This document shows positions 54,291 to 63,243 of a stretch of DNA of 64,000 nt, piece by piece. A program made the translations under genes and the position numbers. Positions within the stretch are counted from its first letter, which is position 1, and each line of letters begins with the position of its first letter. Location: the sequence record NC_031043.1; one strand, written 5' to 3'. The notes under the pieces were generated by a model. The model worked only from the letters and a program-made list of their open reading frames with translations, did not search any database and was not told where the DNA came from.

Positions 54291-55937
54291 ATGGCGACGA
54301 CTATCACAACCGCTATTGTGGATAAAGACCGCGGCTTCCGAGTCTGGGAGCCCGGTGAACTCTACAATGCGGAGACAGGTACCGGGTTCATGCCCAACAA
54401 TGGCGACTTGGTAAAGAACAACGTCTACCGGATGTTGTTTGAAATCTACGACGTGGACTACAGTCTGTACACGTACAAGTCTAAGCCATACGGTACTGTG
54501 CAGATTTATAACGATACGGAACGCTTAGGCGGTCACTACCCGTTGAAGTCTGATAAGTACCGCATCTATGTGGACAGCAGCAAGCATCCTGCCACCATGG
54601 ACTTCCATGACCACCTGACCTTTAACGGGCCAGACGTCTTGGGCGTGCGGGTGTTCCGTGGGATTGACATCAGTGACTCAGCAGAAGTGTTATCCGGCTT
54701 TTACAAGAACGGTAAACTGAACGAGTCCTTGCTGCCAGTTCGTCCAGTGCAAAACGAGGGGGAAGACACCCAGATTAATACCGTGTTGCCGGGTTACTGT
54801 ATTGCAGAAGTTAACGATGGTGAGCAAGTGACCTTCGTGGCTTATGCCGATAACGACCGGGTGATTCTTACGGGTGTGGCCTACATCATCAAAACCAATC
54901 TGGTGATGGCAGCAGAGACCCCGGCACGAACGGTACTGGATGTTAAACTGGAATCCCCGTTTATTCTTGACAGTGACTCGAAAGTGCTGACGCTCCCTAT
55001 CAACATCCCGATTGAAGACATTCCGCTCAATGCGCTGATTGTTTATACGGATGGGGTGAAGCGTTTGCCTATCGATAACAGTCGTGTCATGTTAAACGGT
55101 CTGCGCAACGCAGGGAGCCATGATACCTATTACATCGCCTCGAATGCCGGGCAGGAATTACCACTGGTACTGAGCTATCGCTTGGCCAAGGGTGAGTCCT
55201 ACGCAGGGGACGGGTATGTCAATGGGGCTATCGTTCGTGACTATACCGCAGCGACCGAAGCAGTGGATGGGGGTTACTCCATGAAACTGTTTGTGGTGCC
55301 GACGTGGTTGGACGTGAACCGTGGCATGCGTTTGAGCTTCTTCTTGTACAACCTGACCCGTGGACAAGTCTACGATGCTTCGGCATTTGTGGAGTACACG
55401 GCGAACACGGTGTTTGACCCACTGCTGTACGGGGTGAAGCAACGTCTGAACGTGCAAGTCGATGTGAGCAAAGTGAACCCAGCTTACCGGGCGTTTGTTC
55501 ATGCGCAGTCGTTCCACATTACCCTGATTAATCCGGGCAACGAACTGGACACCAACTTCTATTTGGAATACGTTCAAGACGGCCTGCGTTATGGTGAAGA
55601 TGTTTACGCGAAGTTCAAATACTCGAACGTCTCGTTCTCTGACATCGATATCTCTTGCGGCATGGTAACCCAAGCCCAGTGGATTGAGAAGCTTTACCGT
55701 AACAGCTATCCGTTGTATGACCGTCGTACTGAAGGTACGGCACCTGAACCAACCCACTTCGAATTGCATGTGGGCGGACAGGTACAAACCTTTGCGGTGG
55801 GTGAATGGCTAAACAAACTGACTGTCCCTTACAAAGTACCGGAAGGTGGCACAGTGGTCATTCGTTGGTTGGCACGCACGCCTACTGACACGTTACAATT
55901 GGGTCTGTCTCCAATGCTTGCACATTTAACCACATAA
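54291..55937 (+). CDS. Virion structural protein (phiKZ gp26-like)
   Basis: About 548 aa, beta-rich, directly upstream of the terminase. Confidence 0.65.
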   Translation: MATTITTAIVDKDRGFRVWEPGELYNAETGTGFMPNNGDLVKNNVYRMLFEIYDVDYSLYTYKSKPYGTVQIYNDTERLGGHYPLKSDKYRIYVDSSKHPATMDFHDHLTFNGPDVLGVRVFRGIDISDSAEVLSGFYKNGKLNESLLPVRPVQNEGEDTQINTVLPGYCIAEVNDGEQVTFVAYADNDRVILTGVAYIIKTNLVMAAETPARTVLDVKLESPFILDSDSKVLTLPINIPIEDIPLNALIVYTDGVKRLPIDNSRVMLNGLRNAGSHDTYYIASNAGQELPLVLSYRLAKGESYAGDGYVNGAIVRDYTAATEAVDGGYSMKLFVVPTWLDVNRGMRLSFFLYNLTRGQVYDASAFVEYTANTVFDPLLYGVKQRLNVQVDVSKVNPAYRAFVHAQSFHITLINPGNELDTNFYLEYVQDGLRYGEDVYAKFKYSNVSFSDIDISCGMVTQAQWIEKLYRNSYPLYDRRTEGTAPEPTHFELHVGGQVQTFAVGEWLNKLTVPYKVPEGGTVVIRWLARTPTDTLQLGLSPMLAHLTT

Positions 55938-55947
55938 TCTCGTTACG

Positions 55948-55969
55948 GGTCTAGGGGCAACCCTAGACC
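55948..55969 (+). other. GCAA-capped hairpin without U-tract
   Basis: GGTCTAGGG-GCAA-CCCTAGACC, about 10 nt before the terL RBS. Confidence 0.6.
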
Positions 55970-55983
55970 TACGACCGGGAGGT

Positions 55984-58098
55984 ATGGCAAATATGATTTT
56001 ACGTAAAGGTGACTGGAAGCGATACCCTGGGGCGCTCATCCACAATACCACCCGCAATAAACACTTTCTTAAATTCGCCGATACCCTGCGCAAGCTGGGT
56101 GTCGAACACTGGTATGTGCACCTTGCACTCCACAACCCGTTACTGGAGAATGTCGACCCGTTCGACCCGATGTTAACGGTGAAAGAACAAATCATGGTGA
56201 CGGAAGAATGCGCCGTTAACCCATGGTACTACTTCCGTGAATGCGTAAGAATCCCGGCAGATGGTTCAAACGGTGTACCGTTCCGTATCGACCGTGGTAA
56301 CTTTGCGATGTATTGGATTTTCTTCAATAACATCGACTCCGGGGTAGAGTTCCTTCGTCAGCACGGTAAGACTATCGGTCTGTGCGGGTTAGAGAGTTGG
56401 TTGATTCGCTTCTTAGAGAACTCCCGTACCATTCACGTTACTCGTGGCCCTATCCTGCGTGAAGAGACCATCGTTACCTTAAAGCGTATCCGTGATAACT
56501 TACCGGCTTATCTGTGGCCGCACCATCCGGATGACCCAGACAACAAAGAATCCTTTGCTTGTTTGGCGCAAGGTAACAAACTGATTACCGCTATCGGTCA
56601 GAACGACATTCCTTCTGCTAACGGCGTGGGTCGTGGACTTACTGCCGGTCGTCTGATTAGCGATGAAGGCCCCTTCACCAACAACATCCACCACATTCTA
56701 CCTGCCGCCTTTGGTTCGGGTACCGCGGCACGTCGTATCAACGAAGAGCATGGGGTTCCTTACGGTAACGTAATTGCAACTACGCCGGGAGACCTTGCGA
56801 CAGAAGAAGGTGTCTATATTCACAACCTGATGACATCGGGTATTGTATGGGACGAGCGTTATATTGATATCCCATCTCGGAAGATGTTGATTGACCTTAT
56901 CATCCGTAATGCTGCCTGCGACCAACCGCGTCTGATATTCTACGTTAAGTTGAACCATCGGCAGTTGGGTACCTCGGATGCAGAGTTAGCAGGGATGATA
57001 TCGAACGCCACAGGTACACGCGACCAGATTCTCCGTGACTACGGTGGTACGTGGACTACAGGCGGGCTCAACAAGCCGTACAGCGAAGAGGATGCGCGTC
57101 GGATGACGCAATCGAGGATGTCTCCGGCATTCAAAGAAATCTCTTCGTCCGGTTACGTGTTAGATTGGTTCTATAAAGAATCCGAACATGCTGGGAAAAT
57201 GCGGACCAGGCACATCATCGGTCTTGATACATCTGAAGCGGTAGGGCGTGATGCCATCGGCTTTACGATGATAAACTCAGAGACTGCTGAGACAGCCGCG
57301 AAACTTAACGTCAAAGAAACCAACGTTATCGGTTTCGCCAACTGGCTGGCGGGCTTCATGGAAAAATACCCGCACACTGTGCTAATCCTTGAAAGGCGTT
57401 CAACAGGTTCTTCTGTAGCCGATGCACTATTACTTGTGCTGCAGAACAAAGTCCGTGACCTGCACCGCCGTATATTTGTCAGGATTACCCAAGACTCTTC
57501 ACGCTACGATGACTTATTTAATGAATTCCGGCGTGGACCGGGAGCTGTCCCTGAGAGATTCTGGGATAAGTTCCGTAAATACATTGGGTTTTCTACTGAC
57601 CAAGACAAACGCCGTAAACTTTACGGTGAAGTCTTTACCATGGCTCTACGTATTTCAGCACACCTTATTCGGTCGGGGGAATTAATCGACCAGATACTGG
57701 GACTGGTAGAGCGCGGTGGCCGTATTGACCACGTACGTTCGGGACACGATGACTTGGTTATCTCTTGGCTGCTGGCCATGTGGCTTTTAATCTTCGGCAA
57801 GAATCTCGGCCATTATGAAATCTCTAACCACCGTGTGATGATACGTCATCAGAACATGATTAGTGGGAAGAAGGAAGATGATGAAGAGAAACAAGTGCGG
57901 GAAGAGCAAGAGCAACGTGAGTTGATGCAGCAGATTGAAGCCCTGTCTCGTGATATTCAAGCAACTCGGTGCCCAGTTAAAACAATGGCTCTGCGGTCAC
58001 GTTTGCAGTCGTTGGTTGGGGACCTTAACACTGACCTTCAGAATGTTGCTACGATGGAGTCTTTGAAGGAGCTCCTCGTTCGACAGAGGATGAAATAA
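55984..58098 (+). CDS. terL: Terminase large subunit (phiKZ gp25-like)
   Basis: NPWYYFRE, Walker A LRQHGKT, GRGLT, Walker B LISDEG, coupling IATTPG, nuclease IIGLDTS and HDDLVISW. Confidence 0.93.
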   Translation: MANMILRKGDWKRYPGALIHNTTRNKHFLKFADTLRKLGVEHWYVHLALHNPLLENVDPFDPMLTVKEQIMVTEECAVNPWYYFRECVRIPADGSNGVPFRIDRGNFAMYWIFFNNIDSGVEFLRQHGKTIGLCGLESWLIRFLENSRTIHVTRGPILREETIVTLKRIRDNLPAYLWPHHPDDPDNKESFACLAQGNKLITAIGQNDIPSANGVGRGLTAGRLISDEGPFTNNIHHILPAAFGSGTAARRINEEHGVPYGNVIATTPGDLATEEGVYIHNLMTSGIVWDERYIDIPSRKMLIDLIIRNAACDQPRLIFYVKLNHRQLGTSDAELAGMISNATGTRDQILRDYGGTWTTGGLNKPYSEEDARRMTQSRMSPAFKEISSSGYVLDWFYKESEHAGKMRTRHIIGLDTSEAVGRDAIGFTMINSETAETAAKLNVKETNVIGFANWLAGFMEKYPHTVLILERRSTGSSVADALLLVLQNKVRDLHRRIFVRITQDSSRYDDLFNEFRRGPGAVPERFWDKFRKYIGFSTDQDKRRKLYGEVFTMALRISAHLIRSGELIDQILGLVERGGRIDHVRSGHDDLVISWLLAMWLLIFGKNLGHYEISNHRVMIRHQNMISGKKEDDEEKQVREEQEQRELMQQIEALSRDIQATRCPVKTMALRSRLQSLVGDLNTDLQNVATMESLKELLVRQRMK

Positions 58099-58340
58099 TG
58101 ACTACAGCCTATGTAACTGCGATAGTAGCGATATGGCTATGTGTTGCCTTCGGGTTACGCCACTCGGTTGCTATCATCAAATCGGGTGCGTTCCTTGCGG
58201 GCGACACACGTACGCAGCTTAATCGCAAAGCTATGATGTTAGTCGTTTTTACCATTAGTACCAGTGCGGGAATGACTTACGTCATGACCCAAATTTACTT
58301 GCTCCATCAAGTCACAATGCAGTTGGCCAGTAACTTGTAA
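58098..58340 (+). CDS. Small two-TM membrane protein
   Basis: TAATG overlap with terL. Two hydrophobic segments with a basic loop. Confidence 0.65.
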   Translation: MTTAYVTAIVAIWLCVAFGLRHSVAIIKSGAFLAGDTRTQLNRKAMMLVVFTISTSAGMTYVMTQIYLLHQVTMQLASNL

Positions 58341-58575
58341 AACTGTTTAAAAACAACAGGTTCCTCTAGTATGGAGGAACAACAAATGTTACTGTTATTG
58401 AGCGCCTTGTTTTGGCTGCGGTACACTTTGGTGTTACCGTGGCTAGGGCTGGCCTTAACTACTGACATGGTGAAGCCCACACCGCCTCCGATTAACTGGC
58501 AACGCTATGGCGAAACCATCCGGAGAAAAAGAACCGCGCGCTTCTGGTGTGCGTATGGACTTGTGGGCACTAAGG

Positions 58576-58613
58576 GAGAGGGCTTCGGCCCTCTCTTCTT
58601 ATTTTATTTTTTT
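58576..58613 (+). terminator. Intrinsic terminator (UUCG loop)
   Basis: GAGAGGGC-TTCG-GCCCTCTC followed by a long T-rich tail. Confidence 0.85.
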
Positions 58614-58635
58614 ACGGATATATGTTACTGGTATG
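58609..58635 (+). promoter_or_regulatory. Class-A promoter (T5, GGATATATGTTAC, N4, ATG)
   Basis: Exact core match. Confidence 0.7.
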
Positions 58636-58661
58636 ATGAATTACATTTACTGGAGATAATC

Positions 58662-59255
58662 ATGCTGGTCAAAATTTATGATACTGTTGCAAAGTTAGAG
58701 CGTTGTGGGTTCGCAAAAAAGGCGGAAGGGTATGCTGAGGAAGTGAGGTTCGGCATTGAAAAAGCGAAGGGTTACACGCCAGGCCACCCCCACCAGTTTT
58801 GGTGTGCTTTCATTAAGCCGGGCGGTGTACAACTCAGTCATTTCTTGTTAACCAAGAGTCGAGTATTTGTTGTGAGAGGCACGATAAAGGACAACGTGCA
58901 GATTAAACCCTTCTGCGACGCACTCGAAGCGATGTATCCCGGGTACCCTGTCAAAATCATTAAGCAGCCTGATTTCTTCGACCACAAACGTGACTCGCTT
59001 TTGTATCGTTTTAGTAACTGGTACACCACGAAAGAATACCAGCGACAGCAACGCATGCCGGTTCTACCCATGCATCACATCACAGAAGACACCTTCGGTG
59101 ATAAGTGGAATGAGTTAATGGAACTCGAAGGTAGTTATAAACTCGAGATGCCTGCGACGTTAGCGGGTCGTGAAGATGTCATGGAATACTTAGACAAGCA
59201 CGGCTTTATTGCCTATGAAGAAACTCTACCTATAACCCTGAGGAGCTTTGGATGA
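58662..59255 (+). CDS. Hypothetical protein (probably early)
   Basis: GGAG RBS before ATG 58662, downstream of the promoter. The frame is open back to 58371. Confidence 0.75.
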   Translation: MLVKIYDTVAKLERCGFAKKAEGYAEEVRFGIEKAKGYTPGHPHQFWCAFIKPGGVQLSHFLLTKSRVFVVRGTIKDNVQIKPFCDALEAMYPGYPVKIIKQPDFFDHKRDSLLYRFSNWYTTKEYQRQQRMPVLPMHHITEDTFGDKWNELMELEGSYKLEMPATLAGREDVMEYLDKHGFIAYEETLPITLRSFG

Positions 59256-59818
59256 GTTATGTGCATTTTAAAGATGTGGACGAACTCATCGGCAGCGAGT
59301 TCGATATTCGAAAGGCGGTTAACTGGGAAGTGATTAACCGGAACAATCCGTTTACGCAAAGCCCAGGGATTAAGCATCAATACCTACTGGGTTGTCGTAA
59401 AGACGGGCGCAGTGAAATCATCCCGTTTGTCTACGGCGCTGACCGTTTCTACTTAAACCTTAATGCGCGTCTCCATGACATGTATGCGGTGGTCGCCTCA
59501 TTGCAGTTAGCAGTGCCGGGCGCCGTTGTAGAAATCTACCATCCGGTGGACACCACACCTGAAGGTTACACCATCGACCGGCAAGAGTTCACTAACGAGC
59601 ATTGGATGGATATCTTGGCGGATGAACCACCAACCTATTTGTTTGTGCGTACCGATACGTGGATGTCTGACACGTTGGTTGTGTTGCGTGACTGTCGTAA
59701 GAAACATGTCCGGGTAGTGGTGGACGGTGAATTGACTTATGGCGACACCGCGACGATTAACATGTTAGACCGGCAGGGGTTTGTTGGTCGGCGTAACATC
59801 TGCGTGATACAACTGTAA
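59252..59818 (+). CDS. Hypothetical protein
   Basis: ATGA overlap. Contains YLLGCRKDGRS. Confidence 0.75.
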   Translation: MSYVHFKDVDELIGSEFDIRKAVNWEVINRNNPFTQSPGIKHQYLLGCRKDGRSEIIPFVYGADRFYLNLNARLHDMYAVVASLQLAVPGAVVEIYHPVDTTPEGYTIDRQEFTNEHWMDILADEPPTYLFVRTDTWMSDTLVVLRDCRKKHVRVVVDGELTYGDTATINMLDRQGFVGRRNICVIQL

Positions 59819-59819
59819 T

Positions 59820-59847
59820 AACGGGGCTTCGGCCCCGTTATTTTTTT
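59820..59847 (+). terminator. Intrinsic terminator (UUCG loop)
   Basis: AACGGGGC-TTCG-GCCCCGTT followed by a T-run. Confidence 0.85.
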
Positions 59848-59852
59848 GCCTT

Positions 59853-59893
59853 AAAAAAAGAACAGTCCCTACCCCCGAAGGAGTAGGGCACTG
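59853..59893 (-). terminator. Intrinsic terminator (UUCG loop on minus strand)
   Basis: A7 run then a hairpin with a CGAA loop, just after the stop of the minus-strand gene. Confidence 0.8.
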
Positions 59894-59894
59894 C

Positions 59895-61217
59895 TTAGTT
59901 GTTAACGGAGGCTAATGCACGAATCATGAAGTACAACAGCAAAGCATTACGCAGGGCAGCCAAGTCAGCATCACGACGTAAGTGAGTGTGCTTCTTCGCC
60001 AGTTTCTCTACCCGTTCACGAAGCGTCAGAATGTAAGGGTCAGACGTTTTCGAGGCCATGTACAGCGCACGGAGTTTATTGAGGAGGAAAGCCGCGTCAG
60101 TAAAGTTCACCCGATTGGACGTCACGTACTCAAAAGCATGCGTTAACGTGTCAATCATGATTTCTTCGACGTAAGCACGGTCTTTCCCGTACGGTAGTCC
60201 GGTAATGTAAACGATAATCGCTTTTAAGGCGTTTGGGGAGGCCTTAGGGACGATTTCTAACACAACCCGAGCTAACTCCTCCTTATACATGCTGGAGAGC
60301 GACATGGAGGCTTCCAGGAGGTTTTGCTTAGCGGTGTTAAACGCTGACACCTTATCCCGCAGAATGGTTTCTCCGTTGATATCCACCATCGCCGACTGAA
60401 CCAACATACGCGAGTTATCCCGACGCACAATATCCAGTACCCCGTAGTAGTCTTTTACGGTTTGTTTGGTACGGGTGTTCAAGTCCGAAATGAAATAAAT
60501 AATCTTCGGGGTATCTTGGAAGCGTTTGATGTTGTCGTAATGCGGTGACTCCGTGGACACGAAATACTCGGCGCGGGAACGAATGTGCTTACCCCATGAA
60601 CCGACTTGTTTAATGTCGAACTTCATCGAGAGTGCGGCATACGTAGCTTCTGCTGCCGGTAAGTCTACAGGACGTTTGAAGAAGTGCGAGTAGATAGATG
60701 AGTAGAATTTGAACTGCAGTAACTCGACTAACGAAACGATGGCATCATATGCCAACTTATCCTTACTGATGAGTGGGAGATAGCGATGGACTAAGTAAAC
60801 GACTGTCAAGTTAAAGACGTCGCCAGTAACGTTCCACTCCATCACCATGTCAGAGAGCTTCTTATCGTTGAGCAGCTCCGTCAGGTAATCTTCGTCCACC
60901 TGAATCACTTCATCGAAGAAACGGTCACGGTCCGTGTCGTAAAAACGAATCGTGTGCACACCCAGCAAGGCAGAACCGAACCATTCAACGTTCGTATCGC
61001 GGTTGAACACCGAGGAGACGTAATGTTGGATACGCTTGTGTAACCGTACGTCTATTGTCACTTTACTAAACAGCTGGTCGTAGATTTTACGTACCGAGCT
61101 TGGCATTGCGGATTCTGTGCCTACTACACGGTTGGCGAGTTCGTACACGCCGGTACCGAAGTTATAGCGCAGAGGTTCTTCGTGGTTATCCCACGAAGGC
61201 GGGTCATAGGTACGCAT
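59895..61217 (-). CDS. Conserved phiKZ-like protein, probable head protein
   Basis: 440 aa, helical. GTE-S at residues 33-36 after a short N-terminal segment. Confidence 0.6.
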   Translation of the reverse strand: MRTYDPPSWDNHEEPLRYNFGTGVYELANRVVGTESAMPSSVRKIYDQLFSKVTIDVRLHKRIQHYVSSVFNRDTNVEWFGSALLGVHTIRFYDTDRDRFFDEVIQVDEDYLTELLNDKKLSDMVMEWNVTGDVFNLTVVYLVHRYLPLISKDKLAYDAIVSLVELLQFKFYSSIYSHFFKRPVDLPAAEATYAALSMKFDIKQVGSWGKHIRSRAEYFVSTESPHYDNIKRFQDTPKIIYFISDLNTRTKQTVKDYYGVLDIVRRDNSRMLVQSAMVDINGETILRDKVSAFNTAKQNLLEASMSLSSMYKEELARVVLEIVPKASPNALKAIIVYITGLPYGKDRAYVEEIMIDTLTHAFEYVTSNRVNFTDAAFLLNKLRALYMASKTSDPYILTLRERVEKLAKKHTHLRRDADLAALRNALLLYFMIRALASVNN

Positions 61218-61240
61218 AGCTTGCCCTTAATTGTGAAAAG

Positions 61241-61265
61241 TTTTTCGGATATATGTAATAACGTG
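61241..61265 (+). promoter_or_regulatory. Class-A promoter (T5, GGATATATGTAAT, N3, GTG)
   Basis: One mismatch to the core. Confidence 0.65.
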
Positions 61266-61288
61266 ACAATCAATTGGAGCTATTTATC

Positions 61289-62467
61289 ATGATTAGAGAT
61301 TACTTAAAGAAGTCAGACTGGTCGAGCCGCATTGGCCACATTATTCCAGAAAACGAACCTGTTGAAATGTGGGTTTATCCACACGGTTGTGTATGCACCG
61401 TTTCCCGCGTTGATGGCATCTCCGTAATTCAGAACGGGCACTACACTGCCGTGAACACGGTACTGGGCAATCTGTTACTGAATGCCGGTATCGAAGGGGA
61501 ATTCATTCTTTACTCAACAGAATCGATTCCACAAAATACATCCCGCTGGTTGACTTGGTGGTTAAGTCAGCAGCCTAACAGTCACGACCCACTGCTTTCG
61601 ACAATTCAAATCACGACGTTCGGTGCTGCACCGACGAAGCCCCTACCGTTCCAAGTTTCATCTATCCGTCCTCAGTTAATGCTGGCCAAAGATGTTATCC
61701 CAACCATGATGACCAAGTCACGTGACCATCGGGTGAGCATCTTCGTCGTGAAACGTGGCAATAAAGAATGCTACGAGCTGGAGCCATCGCGTCGTGTAGA
61801 GGCCAAGGTGCTTGCCTGTACCGATTATGGGTTCGTGGTACAGACATTGCCGGATAACTCAATCCTGCGCGTCCCACGCATCTCTCGACGGGTTATGGAA
61901 GCGTTGCAACAGCATCGCATCACGGCCAAGGACTTGTGTGGGCAGAACGTCACGGTGCAGTACACCATGAAGACGGAAGGCTTACGACTGGCCAGTTATA
62001 AATCGGCTTTACTGCTTCGGGCAAACTCCCTTGACGCGTTGGGGGAAGGCGACGAAACAGAAGTTGTCTCATACGAAAAACAATACCCGTTTATTCACGC
62101 CCCGACCATCAAGTCAGGTAGCTTGACACCGACCCGTTGCTCACGCACTTCTATCCGTTTTAACGACGGGGTTATGGAAGGGTACGAAGACGGAACCGAT
62201 ACCGTACTCTTCACACTGCGTCGTGGTTGTGAAGAAGGAACGTACGCGGCAAGCTTGCGTGCAGAACATGGGGAAGAGCTGTGGACGTTCAGTAGCGATT
62301 TTGCTATTGACAGCCTGAACCCGAAAGCGTTTGTTCGCTGTGTATCCAACACCATCTATCAGGCAACCGGATACACGATTGATTCATTAGGTTTGTATTA
62401 CTCGACGCCGGAAGGGGCCTGGTTAGGTTCCCGTTCACTGGCAAACACAGCAGCCGCTGTAGCTTAA
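61289..62467 (+). CDS. Hypothetical protein with possible degenerate ATP-dependent DNA-ligase fold
   Basis: GGAG RBS before ATG 61289. Ligase-like motifs III, V and VI are in order, but there is no KxDG. Confidence 0.6.
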   Translation: MIRDYLKKSDWSSRIGHIIPENEPVEMWVYPHGCVCTVSRVDGISVIQNGHYTAVNTVLGNLLLNAGIEGEFILYSTESIPQNTSRWLTWWLSQQPNSHDPLLSTIQITTFGAAPTKPLPFQVSSIRPQLMLAKDVIPTMMTKSRDHRVSIFVVKRGNKECYELEPSRRVEAKVLACTDYGFVVQTLPDNSILRVPRISRRVMEALQQHRITAKDLCGQNVTVQYTMKTEGLRLASYKSALLLRANSLDALGEGDETEVVSYEKQYPFIHAPTIKSGSLTPTRCSRTSIRFNDGVMEGYEDGTDTVLFTLRRGCEEGTYAASLRAEHGEELWTFSSDFAIDSLNPKAFVRCVSNTIYQATGYTIDSLGLYYSTPEGAWLGSRSLANTAAAVA

Positions 62468-62489
62468 CTTTAAACCACGAGGTATTATC

Positions 62490-62951
62490 ATGACTATCGC
62501 CCTAAGTGTTGGCCAAGAACACTTTCAATCAGATGCAGAAATCGTTTTCGACTTTAACCCTAACTGGCTGCTCTTTAACAGCCGTGCCACGCGTAATGCG
62601 GTGGTGCATAAGTTTGTTGAGGCTATCAAACAACCGGACTTTGTCATTGTAGAACGTACGATGGTTGTTGATGGTAAGTGTCAGAGTTGCTACTTTGTCT
62701 TTAATGGTGGCAAGATTGAAGACATCCCAAATCAGAAAGTTATCTTCTGGGACGAGACCAAGCAGCAGTATTGGGTGAACGGCATCTGGAACAGTGCCTC
62801 TAAGGAATTCAGTTACCGACTGAGGTACATCTCCAGTAATCGTGCGCAGAAGACTTTTACTCTACAACCTTTTGCAGGTGCTGCGTTTGTGGACACCGCA
62901 GTATTAGAGATTGTTAAAGAGTATCTGGTAGGTCGTAAAGATTACTGGTAA
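62490..62951 (+). CDS. Hypothetical protein
   Basis: GAGG RBS. Confidence 0.75.
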   Translation: MTIALSVGQEHFQSDAEIVFDFNPNWLLFNSRATRNAVVHKFVEAIKQPDFVIVERTMVVDGKCQSCYFVFNGGKIEDIPNQKVIFWDETKQQYWVNGIWNSASKEFSYRLRYISSNRAQKTFTLQPFAGAAFVDTAVLEIVKEYLVGRKDYW

Positions 62952-62967
62952 GGCGACAGTCAGGACG

Positions 62968-62997
62968 GGTACCCTTCGGGGTACCTTTCTTTTTTTT
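62968..62997 (+). terminator. Intrinsic terminator (UUCG loop)
   Basis: GGTACCC-TTCG-GGGTACC followed by a T-run. Confidence 0.85.
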
Positions 62998-63002
62998 GAT
63001 CT

Positions 63003-63041
63003 AAAAAAACAAAAGAGTCCTCCCCAATAGTAGGGAGGACT
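63003..63041 (-). terminator. Minus-strand intrinsic terminator with no annotated gene upstream of it
   Basis: A-run, then AGTCCTCCC-caatagta-GGGAGGACT. Confidence 0.7.
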
Positions 63042-63243
63042 TGGTTCCACTTGGCGCGGTACCTTGAAAAAGACATATCTCAGAGAAAACCTGCTGCTAC
63101 AGGATTACTCCTTTACCGGCGTTGAGCAACGCAACTCTTCGCATAATAACGAGTACAGTTGTAAAAAAGTTTCTGGGGTTGACCTCAGTGGAGCTCAGGA
63201 GACTCATTCCTCTCTTTTTTTACAACCCCTAGATATACTTTGG

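Noticed and set aside
55158-55787. 209-aa minus-strand ORF, and similar shadows such as 32595-33290 (+) and 53497-53979 (-)
   Set aside because: They lie entirely antisense to well-supported structural genes and have an amino-acid composition typical of reverse-frame artefacts.
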